DNA of 64,000 nucleotides. Origin: Sphingomonas sp. Lineage in GTDB: Bacteria; Pseudomonadota; Alphaproteobacteria; Sphingomonadales; Sphingomonadaceae. Of the stretch, positions 48,504 through 58,344 are shown in pieces (positions within the stretch are counted from its first letter, which is position 1; every line of letters begins with the position of its first letter). The stretch spans positions 45,802 through 109,801 of the forward strand of contig CBDFLB010000002.1 of NCBI GenBank assembly GCA_965249015.1, written 5' to 3'. The translations under genes and the position numbers were made by a program. Below the pieces are notes generated by a model. That model made no database searches, had not been told where the DNA came from, and worked only from the letters and a program-made list of their open reading frames with translations.

Positions 48504-48908
48504 ATGCGTAGAGGGGCCAAGCCGATGACTGAGACGACCGGGGGGAACAACCGACGGCGGGTTTTGCAGCTGGGAACAATGGGCGCTTCGGCGATCCTGA
48601 CGGTCCGGCCTGCGCTTGCGTCGACGATGGCGTCGGTCATCAATTGCCAGATTCCGGTTCCCGACCCTGCGCGCGCCGGCAATCATATCGCCGCCGACGG
48701 GTCTTTGGTTGCGCCCGATACCGCGGGATCGTTCCCGGGGCCGGTTTCGCCGCTGAAAGGTCAGGACGTGAAGACCGCACTCGCCGGCGGTTCGCTGCCC
48801 GGACAGGACCCCGCCGCGAGCCAAGCCTACATGAACTACGTCCGTCGCCTGCAATATGGCCAGAGCGGTTTCACATGCTACGCCTCGCTCCAGGTTCCCG
48901 GCCGCTGA
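48504..48908 (+). CDS. Small exported protein with a twin-arginine (Tat) signal; function unknown
   Basis: NNRRRVLQLGTMGASAILTVRPALA|S is an RR motif, then a hydrophobic stretch, then an AxA cleavage site. The mature part is about 95 aa and Pro/Gly/Ala-rich with two Cys. Good GC3. It leads the PqqD/kinase/NTase cassette and diverges from phoR. Confidence 0.6.
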   Translation: MRRGAKPMTETTGGNNRRRVLQLGTMGASAILTVRPALASTMASVINCQIPVPDPARAGNHIAADGSLVAPDTAGSFPGPVSPLKGQDVKTALAGGSLPGQDPAASQAYMNYVRRLQYGQSGFTCYASLQVPGR

Positions 48909-49177
48909 GCAATGCGCCGAGGTTCCGCTGTGCCCCATCGGGCACGCTGCGTATCGTCCCGCTCGACGACCTGACCGCGATCTATCATCGCGCGAGTGGG
49001 CAAACGCATGTTGTGGCCGAACCGGTTCCGCAAATTCTGGACGCGTTGGGAGACGAAGCACGGACATTCGACGATTTGATCGGGCGGCTGCGCCTGCCGG
49101 ACGACAACGCAAGCCGCGAACTTCTGAGCGAACGGCTTGGCGAGCTGTGCCTCTCGGGGCTCGTCGAGCACGCATGA
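48875..49177 (+). CDS. PqqD-family (RiPP recognition element-like) protein
   Basis: About 100 aa. LRIVPLDDLTAIYHRASGQTHVVAEPVPQILDALGDEARTFDDLIGRL...LSERLGELCLSGLVEH follows the PqqD pattern (beta strands, then tH.l, then helices). ATG 48875 overlaps the upstream ORF by 34 nt, so the start is uncertain. Confidence 0.65.
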   Translation: MLRLAPGSRPLSNAPRFRCAPSGTLRIVPLDDLTAIYHRASGQTHVVAEPVPQILDALGDEARTFDDLIGRLRLPDDNASRELLSERLGELCLSGLVEHA

Positions 49178-50019
49178 GATATCGTTTCGACGTCCGCGTG
49201 GGCCCGATATCGTTTCGGGTCGGCTCCGCCTGGCGCGGGCCGGTCGTCGCGCTTCGAGAGCTCTACCGTGACTATCCGCGCGCGCCGCTGGTTCCGGACT
49301 ATACCGTGCGGCTCGAACCGGGGAGCTCATTCCGACGGCTGATCCGTCCGTCGGTCGCGATCCGCGGCGACCATATGCTGCCCGACGCCTTGCCGCTGCC
49401 GCTGGCTCAGGGGCTGCTCGCTGCTGAAATGGGCATGAACCTTCAGGTCGCGCTCGGCGAGCGAAGATTTCTCCTTCTTCATGCCGCAAGTGTCGAGAAG
49501 GGGGGGAAAGCGTTGATCCTGACCGGCGAATCGGGGTCGGGAAAGTCGACGCTGGCGGCGCTCCTGGGCGCAAAAGGCTGGCGGTTCATGAGCGACGAAT
49601 TCGTCCTGATCGATCCCGAAACGCATCTGATGCGACCATTCCCGCGACCGACAAGCCTGAAGAACGAAGCGATCGCGGCAATGGAAGCAGTCATCGCTGC
49701 CGATCGCTTCGGGCCGCGATTGGTCGGCACGCCGAAGGGAACTATCCGCCATCTCATCCCCGCCGAAAACGCGCTTGCGATGATGGACACTCCCGCCGAG
49801 CCGGCGGCTATCCTTTTCCCGCGCTTCGGCTTTGATAGCGCCGTGCGCGAGATTCCGCCGGCCGAATGTTTCGTGCGGCTCACGCAGGCGTCGACCAATT
49901 ATACGACGCTTGCGGAGCGTGGTTTCGACGCGCTGACACAGCTCGTCCAACGCGTACCGGCGATCGCGATCGACTATCCCGATGCCGACACTGCGCTGCG
50001 CTTGGTCGCGTCGCTTTGA
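49174..50019 (+). CDS. HprK-related P-loop kinase (HprK C-terminal-domain-like)
   Basis: ATG 49174 overlaps the PqqD-like stop (ATGA). 281 aa. LLHAASVEKGGKALILTGESGSGKSTLAALL is the HPr kinase-type P-loop context. The listed ORF from 48856 is an extension. Confidence 0.7.
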   Translation: MRYRFDVRVGPISFRVGSAWRGPVVALRELYRDYPRAPLVPDYTVRLEPGSSFRRLIRPSVAIRGDHMLPDALPLPLAQGLLAAEMGMNLQVALGERRFLLLHAASVEKGGKALILTGESGSGKSTLAALLGAKGWRFMSDEFVLIDPETHLMRPFPRPTSLKNEAIAAMEAVIAADRFGPRLVGTPKGTIRHLIPAENALAMMDTPAEPAAILFPRFGFDSAVREIPPAECFVRLTQASTNYTTLAERGFDALTQLVQRVPAIAIDYPDADTALRLVASL

Positions 50020-50984
50020 TCCTGGCGCGTGCGCTCGCAGAGCCGGAGACGGTGCTCGCGCTCGACGGCGACGGTTGGACAGGGCTGCTGTGTGCAGCGC
50101 ACGCCGAACGGCTGACGGCGACACTGGCACACCGCGTCGACGGGCTCCCGATCCCGCATGACGTCGCGTCGGTTTTCCGCAACGCGCAGCAGAATGCCGA
50201 GGCCGGCCGCACGCGCGCGCTATGGGAGGTCGAAATGGCGCGCCGTGCGCTTTCTTCGCTTGGCATATCGGTGTTGCTTCTGAAGGGGAGTGCTTTCGTC
50301 GCGGCAGGCCTCGAGGCTGGGCAGGGGCGCCTGATCGGCGATCTCGACATTCTCGTGCCGCGTGATGCGCTCGGCCGGGTCGAGCAAGCGTTGCTCGACG
50401 CGGACTGGGAATGGCTCAAAACCGACGCCTATGACGATCATTACTACCGGACATGGATGCACGAGCTTCCCCCCATGATCCACCGCGAGCGTGATTCGAT
50501 GATCGACGTTCACCACACGATCCTGCCGCTGACCGCGAGGCCGAAGCCCGACGCCGCAGCGTTGATCGCGCAGAGTGTGGAGGTTGCAAGCGGGCTTCGC
50601 ATGCTTTGTGCCGAAGACATGATCGTGCACGCCGCCGCACACTTGCTTGCCGACGGTGACTTGAGCGGCGGGTTGCGCAACTTGTGGGACATCCGCTGCC
50701 TGCTCGACGGTGTCGACCTTCACCGGCTGCGCGCCCACGCCGATCGCCACGGACTGGGTCGCGAAGTCGATCGTGCACTGCGATTGTCCGATGCCTTGTT
50801 CGGATCGCGAGGTGCTTCGGGCATCGTCGACCGGCTCTTCATCGCCCGGCTGACCGCGCGCGACGGCTGGGGCCGCGAGACACGGAAGATTTTGCGGCTC
50901 GCGTTCTACGTCCGCTCGCACTTTATCCGCATGCCGTTTCACTTGCTGGTCCGACATCTGTGGACCAAATGGCGGCGGCGCTAG
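50016..50984 (+). CDS. Nucleotidyltransferase family protein (NTP_transf_5 / PF14907-like)
   Basis: TTG 50016 overlaps the kinase TGA (TTGA). LILARALAEPETVLALDGDGWTGLL..., then VLLLKGSAF...GDLDILVPRD...IDVHHTI is the pattern of this uncharacterised NTase family. Confidence 0.65.
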   Translation: MILARALAEPETVLALDGDGWTGLLCAAHAERLTATLAHRVDGLPIPHDVASVFRNAQQNAEAGRTRALWEVEMARRALSSLGISVLLLKGSAFVAAGLEAGQGRLIGDLDILVPRDALGRVEQALLDADWEWLKTDAYDDHYYRTWMHELPPMIHRERDSMIDVHHTILPLTARPKPDAAALIAQSVEVASGLRMLCAEDMIVHAAAHLLADGDLSGGLRNLWDIRCLLDGVDLHRLRAHADRHGLGREVDRALRLSDALFGSRGASGIVDRLFIARLTARDGWGRETRKILRLAFYVRSHFIRMPFHLLVRHLWTKWRRR

Positions 50985-51096
50985 GAACGGGCGCGAAGCA
51001 AGAAAATCGCCGGCGGGCACTCATGCGACGGACAAGGTCGTCTCTCGCACTCGTCGATATGGCACCCGCGAGAATTAGGTGGCATGGGTGCCCGGC

Positions 51097-52458
51097 ATGA
51101 GCGCCTCCTCCTCCCCACCGCCCGTTGCCGCAATCATTCTTGCCGCGGGGCAGGGGACGCGGATGAAGTCGGACCTGCACAAGGTCCTGCACCCGATCGC
51201 TGGGCGGCCGATGCTGATGCACCTGATCGCGAGCGTCGATGCGCTTGCTCCCGCGCGCAAGATCGTCGTCGTCGGCAACGGCCGGGATCAACTCGAAGGC
51301 GCGCTCGCAGGCTCGGCCGAACTTGTCGTCCAGTCGCCCCAGCATGGCACCGGCCACGCCGTTCTGCAGGCGGAGCACGCGCTGATCGACTTCGACGGCG
51401 ACGTGTTGATTTTATACGGTGATGTCCCGTTCGTTCGAGCGACGACGATGCAGGCGATGATCGACCGTTTGAACGCGCCCGATTCACCGGCGGTCGTCGT
51501 ACTCGCCTTCGAGCCCGACGACACGCAAGCCTATGGCCGGGTCATCGTCGACGGCGGTCGCATCGTCAAAATGGTCGAGCACAAGGATGCGACTGCAGAC
51601 GAACGCGCGTGCCGCCTGTGCAACTCGGGGCTGATGGCGGTGAAGGCGCGCGATCTTTTCGCGCTTCTCGCCCGCGTGACGAACGCCAATGCGGCCGGCG
51701 AATATTATCTCGTCGACATCGTCAATATCGCGGGTGCCGACGGCCGGTTGTGCGTTGCCTTGACGACCGACGCCTTCGAAGTCGCAGGGATCAACAGCCG
51801 CGCCGAACTCGCGGCGATGGAAGCGCAGTGGCAGATGCGACGCCGGACGCAGGCGATGGCCGACGGCGCGACGCTGGTCGCGCCCGATACCGTCTGGTTC
51901 GCCTATGACACGATCCTGGGTCGCAACGTGCATATCGAACCGAATGTCTTTTTCGGGCCCGGCGTGACCGTCGCCGACGGCGTTGCGATCCGGGCGTTCA
52001 GCCATCTCGAAGGTGCGGTGATCGGCACCGGGGCCGAGGTCGGCCCCTTTGCCCGGCTCCGTCCCGGCGCGGTGCTCGAGGAAAACGCCAAGGTCGGTAA
52101 TTTCGTCGAGGTCAAAAAATCACGTCTCGGCAAGGGCGCGAAGGCCAATCACCTGAGCTACATCGGCGACGCCGACGTCGGCGCGCGCGCGAATATCGGC
52201 GCGGGCACGATTACCTGCAATTATGACGGATTCTTCAAGTACCGAACAATGATCGGCGAGGGCGCGTTCGTCGGATCGAACAGCGCTCTCGTCGCGCCGG
52301 TGACGATCGGTGCCGGGGCGATCATCGGCGCGGGGAGCGTGGTAACGTCGGACGTGTCGGCCGATGCCCTGACGTTGGTCCGCCCCGAACAGCGCGAGAA
52401 GGCGGGCTGGGCGAAGCGGTTTCGCGAGTTGATGTCGAAAAAGAAAGAAGGGACGTGA
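51097..52458 (+). CDS. glmU: Bifunctional UDP-N-acetylglucosamine pyrophosphorylase / glucosamine-1-phosphate N-acetyltransferase
   Basis: ILAAGQGTRMKS nucleotide-binding motif, a C-terminal left-handed beta-helix of hexapeptide repeats, and NYDG. ATG 51097 preferred. Confidence 0.93.
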   Translation: MSASSSPPPVAAIILAAGQGTRMKSDLHKVLHPIAGRPMLMHLIASVDALAPARKIVVVGNGRDQLEGALAGSAELVVQSPQHGTGHAVLQAEHALIDFDGDVLILYGDVPFVRATTMQAMIDRLNAPDSPAVVVLAFEPDDTQAYGRVIVDGGRIVKMVEHKDATADERACRLCNSGLMAVKARDLFALLARVTNANAAGEYYLVDIVNIAGADGRLCVALTTDAFEVAGINSRAELAAMEAQWQMRRRTQAMADGATLVAPDTVWFAYDTILGRNVHIEPNVFFGPGVTVADGVAIRAFSHLEGAVIGTGAEVGPFARLRPGAVLEENAKVGNFVEVKKSRLGKGAKANHLSYIGDADVGARANIGAGTITCNYDGFFKYRTMIGEGAFVGSNSALVAPVTIGAGAIIGAGSVVTSDVSADALTLVRPEQREKAGWAKRFRELMSKKKEGT

Positions 52459-52559
52459 GCGATACGTTCGAAATAGGCTGTGTCGTTTTCTGGATTGCTG
52501 TTGTGATCGCGGCGGTTCTTCTCGTTATTGTTTATCTTACCTACTGATCGATGTCGCGC

Positions 52560-52596
52560 TTGACATGATATCATGATATGATATCGGTATATCATT
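52560..52596 (+). promoter_or_regulatory. AT-rich putative promoter/operator of the vapBC-like operon
   Basis: TTGACA at 52560-52565. Tandem CATGATAT copies at 52564-52571 and 52572-52579. Palindrome TGATATCA at 52566-52573, with related copies TGATATCG at 52579-52586 and GTATATCA at 52587-52594. I found no convincing -10 element at canonical spacing. Confidence 0.4.
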
Positions 52597-52620
52597 CCTC
52601 GAGCGGCGCGAAGGTTGCGA

Positions 52621-52866
52621 ATGAGAATCCTAACCGAAATACCCGACGACGACGTTAAGGAACTGGACGCTTTGGCGAACAGGAAAAAGAGTTCACGCGC
52701 TGCGGCGATCCGCGATGCGGTGAAACTCTATCTGGTTCACAATGCTGACAATAATGACTGGATTCAGCGCGGGCGCGGTTTCTGGAAAGACCGCACTGAT
52801 ATCGGCAACGGACTGGAATATCAGTTAGCAATCCGTGAGGATCGCACACCCTACGACGAACTGTGA
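52621..52866 (+). CDS. vapB: Ribbon-helix-helix (CopG/VapB-type) antitoxin
   Basis: MRILTEIPDDDVKELDALANRKKSSRAAAIRDAVKLYL is a typical RHH fold signature. AAGG lies 6 nt upstream of ATG 52621. Low G+C: 30/60 for 52621-52680. Confidence 0.75.
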   Translation: MRILTEIPDDDVKELDALANRKKSSRAAAIRDAVKLYLVHNADNNDWIQRGRGFWKDRTDIGNGLEYQLAIREDRTPYDEL

Positions 52867-52869
52867 TCC

Positions 52870-53238
52870 GTGTCGGACCCATTTTTTGATTCCAACATTG
52901 TTATCGACTGGCTGAAGGGCTCTCAGGCAGCGACGAACGAACTCGCGCGTTATCCTCGTCACCGGATCAGCCGGATTGTCTGGACCGAAGTTTTAGCCGG
53001 AGAGCCGCTAGAACGACGCGATCAAATTCAGCAGATTATCGCACCTTTCGAAATAGTCGAACTCGATACCCGCATTGCATTGGCTGCGGCAGACATTCGC
53101 TACCGAATGCGCATAAAGCTGCTTGATGCCTATATCTTTGCGACAGCACAGGTAAACGGCTCAATTCTCGTAACAAGAAATACCAGAGATTTTCCAGCCC
53201 AGATGCCGGGTATCCGGGTCCCTTATACCACTCCTTAG
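52870..53238 (+). CDS. vapC: PIN-domain toxin (VapC family ribonuclease)
   Basis: GTG 52870 lies 3 nt after the antitoxin stop. It has an FFDSNIVIDWL N-terminal acidic residue, then further conserved D/E (WTEVLAG, LDAYIFATA, TRNTRDF) in PIN-like spacing. Confidence 0.75.
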   Translation: MSDPFFDSNIVIDWLKGSQAATNELARYPRHRISRIVWTEVLAGEPLERRDQIQQIIAPFEIVELDTRIALAAADIRYRMRIKLLDAYIFATAQVNGSILVTRNTRDFPAQMPGIRVPYTTP

Positions 53239-53253
53239 AAAGCAGAAAACCCC

Positions 53254-55077
<1,824 letters not shown>

Positions 55078-55209
55078 CCCATGGCTTGCCGAATGCGACC
55101 GCAGATGCGGCTGCGTCAATCGATTTTGGCCCGGTGACCGAAATCAAGCGATCCAGCGCGCAAATCACCGAGCGCTAGGACGTCGCCAACGGCAGCCGGA
55201 TGTTTTGAC

Positions 55210-55488
55210 CTAGACGTTCAAGCGGGCGCGCATGTCCTTGCCGGGCTTGAAATGCGGCACGCGCTTGGCGTCGATCTCGACCGCTGCGCCCGTCCGCGGG
55301 TTGCGCCCCGTGCGTGCGTCACGGTCACGCGTGGAAAAGGTCCCGAACCCGCGCAGTTCGACGCGCCCGCCTCGCGAAAGCTGACTCAAAATCTCTTCGA
55401 AGAAACTGTCGACAATCCCTTCGACATCGCGGGACGCAAGACCGGGGTTTCGCGCAACGAGACGGTCGATCAGCTCAGAACGAATCAT
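55210..55488 (-). CDS. ihfB: Integration host factor subunit beta
   Basis: 92 aa. [10 protein letters not shown]...[42 protein letters not shown]. Confidence 0.93.
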   Translation of the reverse strand: MIRSELIDRLVARNPGLASRDVEGIVDSFFEEILSQLSRGGRVELRGFGTFSTRDRDARTGRNPRTGAAVEIDAKRVPHFKPGKDMRARLNV

Positions 55489-55604
55489 GACGCTCTCCGT
55501 TTCATGCTGTCGGGGCGGCCGCTATGCCACCCCGACATATCACTGGTGATACGCGCACTCAACTCGCGCCGATCGAACCTGCCGTACGCGACGACCGGCG
55601 ACGC

Positions 55605-57314
55605 CTACTTCTTGTCGTTGCGCGCTTTCAAGGCCTCGCCCAGGATATCGCCCAGCGATGCGCCCGAATCGGACGAACCATATTGCTGAACGGCCTGTTT
55701 TTCTTCGGCGACCTGCATGGCCTTGACCGAGAAATTGGGCTTTTTCGAACGGTCGAATCCGATCACCATCGCATCGAACTTTTGTCCGACCTGATACCGT
55801 TCGGGGCGCTGCTCGTCGCGGTCGCGACCCAGATCGGCACGCTTGACGAAACCCGTCGCGCCGTCTTCGCCCGCTTGTACCTCGAGACCACCGTCGCGAA
55901 CCTCGAGAACCGTGACCGTGATCACCGCGTTCTTCTGAAGCCCCGAGCCGGCACCCGTCGAACCGACAACCGGCGCACCCTTTTCCATCTGCTTCAAACC
56001 GAGCGAGATGCGCTCCTTTTCGACATCGATGTCGAGAACGACCGCGGTGACGGTCTCTCCCTTGCGATGAAGGTTGAGCGCGTCTTCGCCCGAAATCCCC
56101 CACGCGATGTCCGACATGTGGACCATGCCGTCGACGTCGCCGTCGAGGCCGATGAACAGACCGAATTCGGTCGCGTTCTTCACTTCACCCTCGACCTGCG
56201 AGCCGACCGGATGATCGGCGGCGAACTGCTCCCAAGGGTTGGAGATCGCCTGCTTGAGGCCGAGCGAAACGCGACGCTTCTCGTTGTCGACTTCGAGGAC
56301 GATGACATCGACTTCCTGGCTGGTCGAAACGATCTTGCCGGGGTGGACGTTCTTCTTGGTCCAGCTCATTTCGCTGACGTGGACCAGGCCCTCGATACCC
56401 GGCTCGAGTTCCACGAAGGCACCATATTCGGTGATGTTGGTGACACGACCCGACAGCTTTGCGCCGATCGGATATTTGGCTTCGGCGCCATCCCACGGAT
56501 CGCTCTCGAGCTGCTTCATGCCGAGCGAGATGCGCTGCGTGTCCTTGTTGATGCGGATGATCTGGACCTTGACCGTATCGCCAATCGCGATCGCCTCAGA
56601 GGGATGATTGATCCGCTTGTAGCTCATGTCGGTCACGTGGAGCAGACCGTCGATGCCGCCCAGATCGACGAACGCGCCGTAGTCGGTGATGTTCTTGACG
56701 ACGCCGTCGATGATCTGACCCTCGGCAAGCGTCGAGATCAGGCCGGTGCGCGCTTCGGCACGGCTTTCCTCGAGGATGGCGCGGCGCGACACGACGATAT
56801 TGCCGCGCTTACGATCCATCTTGAGGATCTGGAACGGCTGGACGATGTCCATCAGCGGGGTCACGTCGCGGACCGGGCGGATGTCGACCTGGCTGCCGGG
56901 CAGGAAGGCGACGGCTCCCGAAAGATCGACGGTGAAACCGCCTTTTACGCGGCCGAAAATCACGCCGTCGACGCGCGCAGATTTGGCGAATTCGGTTTCG
57001 AGCGTGTCCCAGGCGGCTTCGCGGCGCGCGCGGTCGCGGCTCAGCATCGCTTCGCCATGCATGTTCTCGACGCGGTCGACGAAGACCTCGACGATGTCGC
57101 CGACATTGAGTTCGGCTTTCTGGCCCGGTGCAGCGAATTCGCGGAGCGAGACCCGGCCTTCGGACTTCAGGCCGACGTCGATGACCGCCATGTCGTTTTC
57201 GATTCCGGTGACGGTCCCTTTGACCACCTTGCCTTCAAAGCCGCCATCGGCTCCGATCGTCTGTTCGAGAAGGGCGGCGAAATCGTCGCGCGTCGGATGT
57301 GCCATCGTGGCCAT
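55605..57314 (-). CDS. rpsA: 30S ribosomal protein S1
   Basis: Starts at MATMAHPTRDDFAALLEQ (ATG 57314), with six S1 repeats (GxVxxxxxxGAFVDLGG type). The listed 833-aa ORF is a read-through extension across cmk in another reading context. Confidence 0.95.
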   Translation of the reverse strand: MATMAHPTRDDFAALLEQTIGADGGFEGKVVKGTVTGIENDMAVIDVGLKSEGRVSLREFAAPGQKAELNVGDIVEVFVDRVENMHGEAMLSRDRARREAAWDTLETEFAKSARVDGVIFGRVKGGFTVDLSGAVAFLPGSQVDIRPVRDVTPLMDIVQPFQILKMDRKRGNIVVSRRAILEESRAEARTGLISTLAEGQIIDGVVKNITDYGAFVDLGGIDGLLHVTDMSYKRINHPSEAIAIGDTVKVQIIRINKDTQRISLGMKQLESDPWDGAEAKYPIGAKLSGRVTNITEYGAFVELEPGIEGLVHVSEMSWTKKNVHPGKIVSTSQEVDVIVLEVDNEKRRVSLGLKQAISNPWEQFAADHPVGSQVEGEVKNATEFGLFIGLDGDVDGMVHMSDIAWGISGEDALNLHRKGETVTAVVLDIDVEKERISLGLKQMEKGAPVVGSTGAGSGLQKNAVITVTVLEVRDGGLEVQAGEDGATGFVKRADLGRDRDEQRPERYQVGQKFDAMVIGFDRSKKPNFSVKAMQVAEEKQAVQQYGSSDSGASLGDILGEALKARNDKK

Positions 57315-57472
57315 AAAGGTCGAATTCCCAATTGCTGATTTCCGGCCAGCCGGTTGTTTCCGGCGGTCTTTGACCGAAGCTGCCGCGCGGACCCCATGTC
57401 CGAGCGGCATCCGCGTGAACGATCGAAGGACAGAAACGGGGCACCCGCAGGAGAACGATCTTATCGTCGCGC

Positions 57473-58096
57473 CTACGCTGTGACGCGCGCTTCTACCAGG
57501 GCGATCGCCCGGCGGACGGCGGCGTTTATAGTCATGTCGCCGGTGTCTAGCAAGTCGGCATCGGCAGCGCGCGCCAGCGGTGCCGTCTCGCGGCCTGAAT
57601 CGCGGTCGTCGCGTGTCTGGATGTCGGCGAGGACATGATCGTAGGCGACGCGCGATCCTTCGCCGACCAGCTGGGCAAAACGCCGCCGGGCGCGAGTCTC
57701 GATCGGCGCGGTCACGAACAGCTTGGCGCGCGCCGCCGGGACGATGACGGTGCCGATGTCGCGTCCGTCGAGCACCGCGCCGCCTGGCTGCGCCGCGAAC
57801 GCGCGCTGCCGTTCGAGCAGGCGCGTTCGCACCGCTGGATGCGCCGAGACGATCGAAGCCGCGCGCGACGCCGCTTCGCTCCTGATTTCGGGATCGTGCA
57901 GCATCGCGTCGCTGAAATCGGTGGCGCGCAGCGCGTCGATCGCGTGCGAAGGATCGCCGCCGTGACGCAGCGTCGCGATACCCACCGCCCGATACAGCAA
58001 TCCGGTGTCGAGATGCGGCAACGCGAAATGCGCCGCCAGCGAGCGCGCGATCGTGCCCTTGCCCGACGCCGCCGGACCGTCGACCGCGATGATCAC
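57473..58096 (-). CDS. cmk: (d)CMP kinase
   Basis: MIIAVDGPAASGKGTIARSLA P-loop, 207 aa, in the conserved position upstream of rpsA. Confidence 0.92.
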   Translation of the reverse strand: MIIAVDGPAASGKGTIARSLAAHFALPHLDTGLLYRAVGIATLRHGGDPSHAIDALRATDFSDAMLHDPEIRSEAASRAASIVSAHPAVRTRLLERQRAFAAQPGGAVLDGRDIGTVIVPAARAKLFVTAPIETRARRRFAQLVGEGSRVAYDHVLADIQTRDDRDSGRETAPLARAADADLLDTGDMTINAAVRRAIALVEARVTA

Positions 58097-58344
58097 GAGC
58101 GTTCATTCCTCAGCGCTGACACAAGGCCGAACAAAGCGATCATCGCCCACGCGGCTTCGAGAACGACCGCTGCCAGGTTGAAGTGAACGGAAAGCGAAAT
58201 CAAAAGAAGTATTGCCCCTATAAGATTGACAGAATTGAACATAATCTTGTTCATGATGGATGCGTGGTTGGCATAGAGAAACGCCGCGATGAACAATATG
58301 CTGCCGAAAATGCCGATGACGTCGGCGGCGACGGGACCGATCAT
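58093..58344 (-). CDS. Small three-TM membrane protein (83 aa)
   Basis: Three hydrophobic helices. 4-nt overlaps with both the aroA stop and the cmk start. Markedly AT-rich: 20/60 G+C for 58201-58260. Confidence 0.6.
   Translation of the reverse strand: MIGPVAADVIGIFGSILFIAAFLYANHASIMNKIMFNSVNLIGAILLLISLSVHFNLAAVVLEAAWAMIALFGLVSALRNERS

Noticed and set aside
55524-57338. Very long ORFs antisense to real genes. Examples: 55524-57338(+) opposite rpsA, 44653-46209(+) opposite pstC, 24238-25851(-) opposite the DUF885-like gene, 4043-5332(-) opposite the GGDEF-EAL gene, 6495-7664(+) opposite mfd, 10080-11273(-) opposite recG, 12488-13705(+) opposite tyrS, 16244-17359(-), 22451-23482(+), 27569-28732(+) and 58746-59657(+).
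   Set aside because: These are typical shadow ORFs of high-GC DNA. Their translations are Arg/Asp/His/Gly-rich with no motifs. The opposite strand in each case encodes an unmistakable conserved protein.
55605-58106. The listed 833-aa ORF, and similar over-long ORFs (42003-43076, 58341-60077, 9801-12110, 9722-10162, 31995-32948, 21206-24226, 24094-25992).
   Set aside because: The upstream parts are Arg-rich read-through with no homology-like sequence. Canonical N-termini (S1, PhoU, AroA, RecG, SdhE, MddA-like) or signal peptides of the receptors begin at internal start codons, which I used instead.
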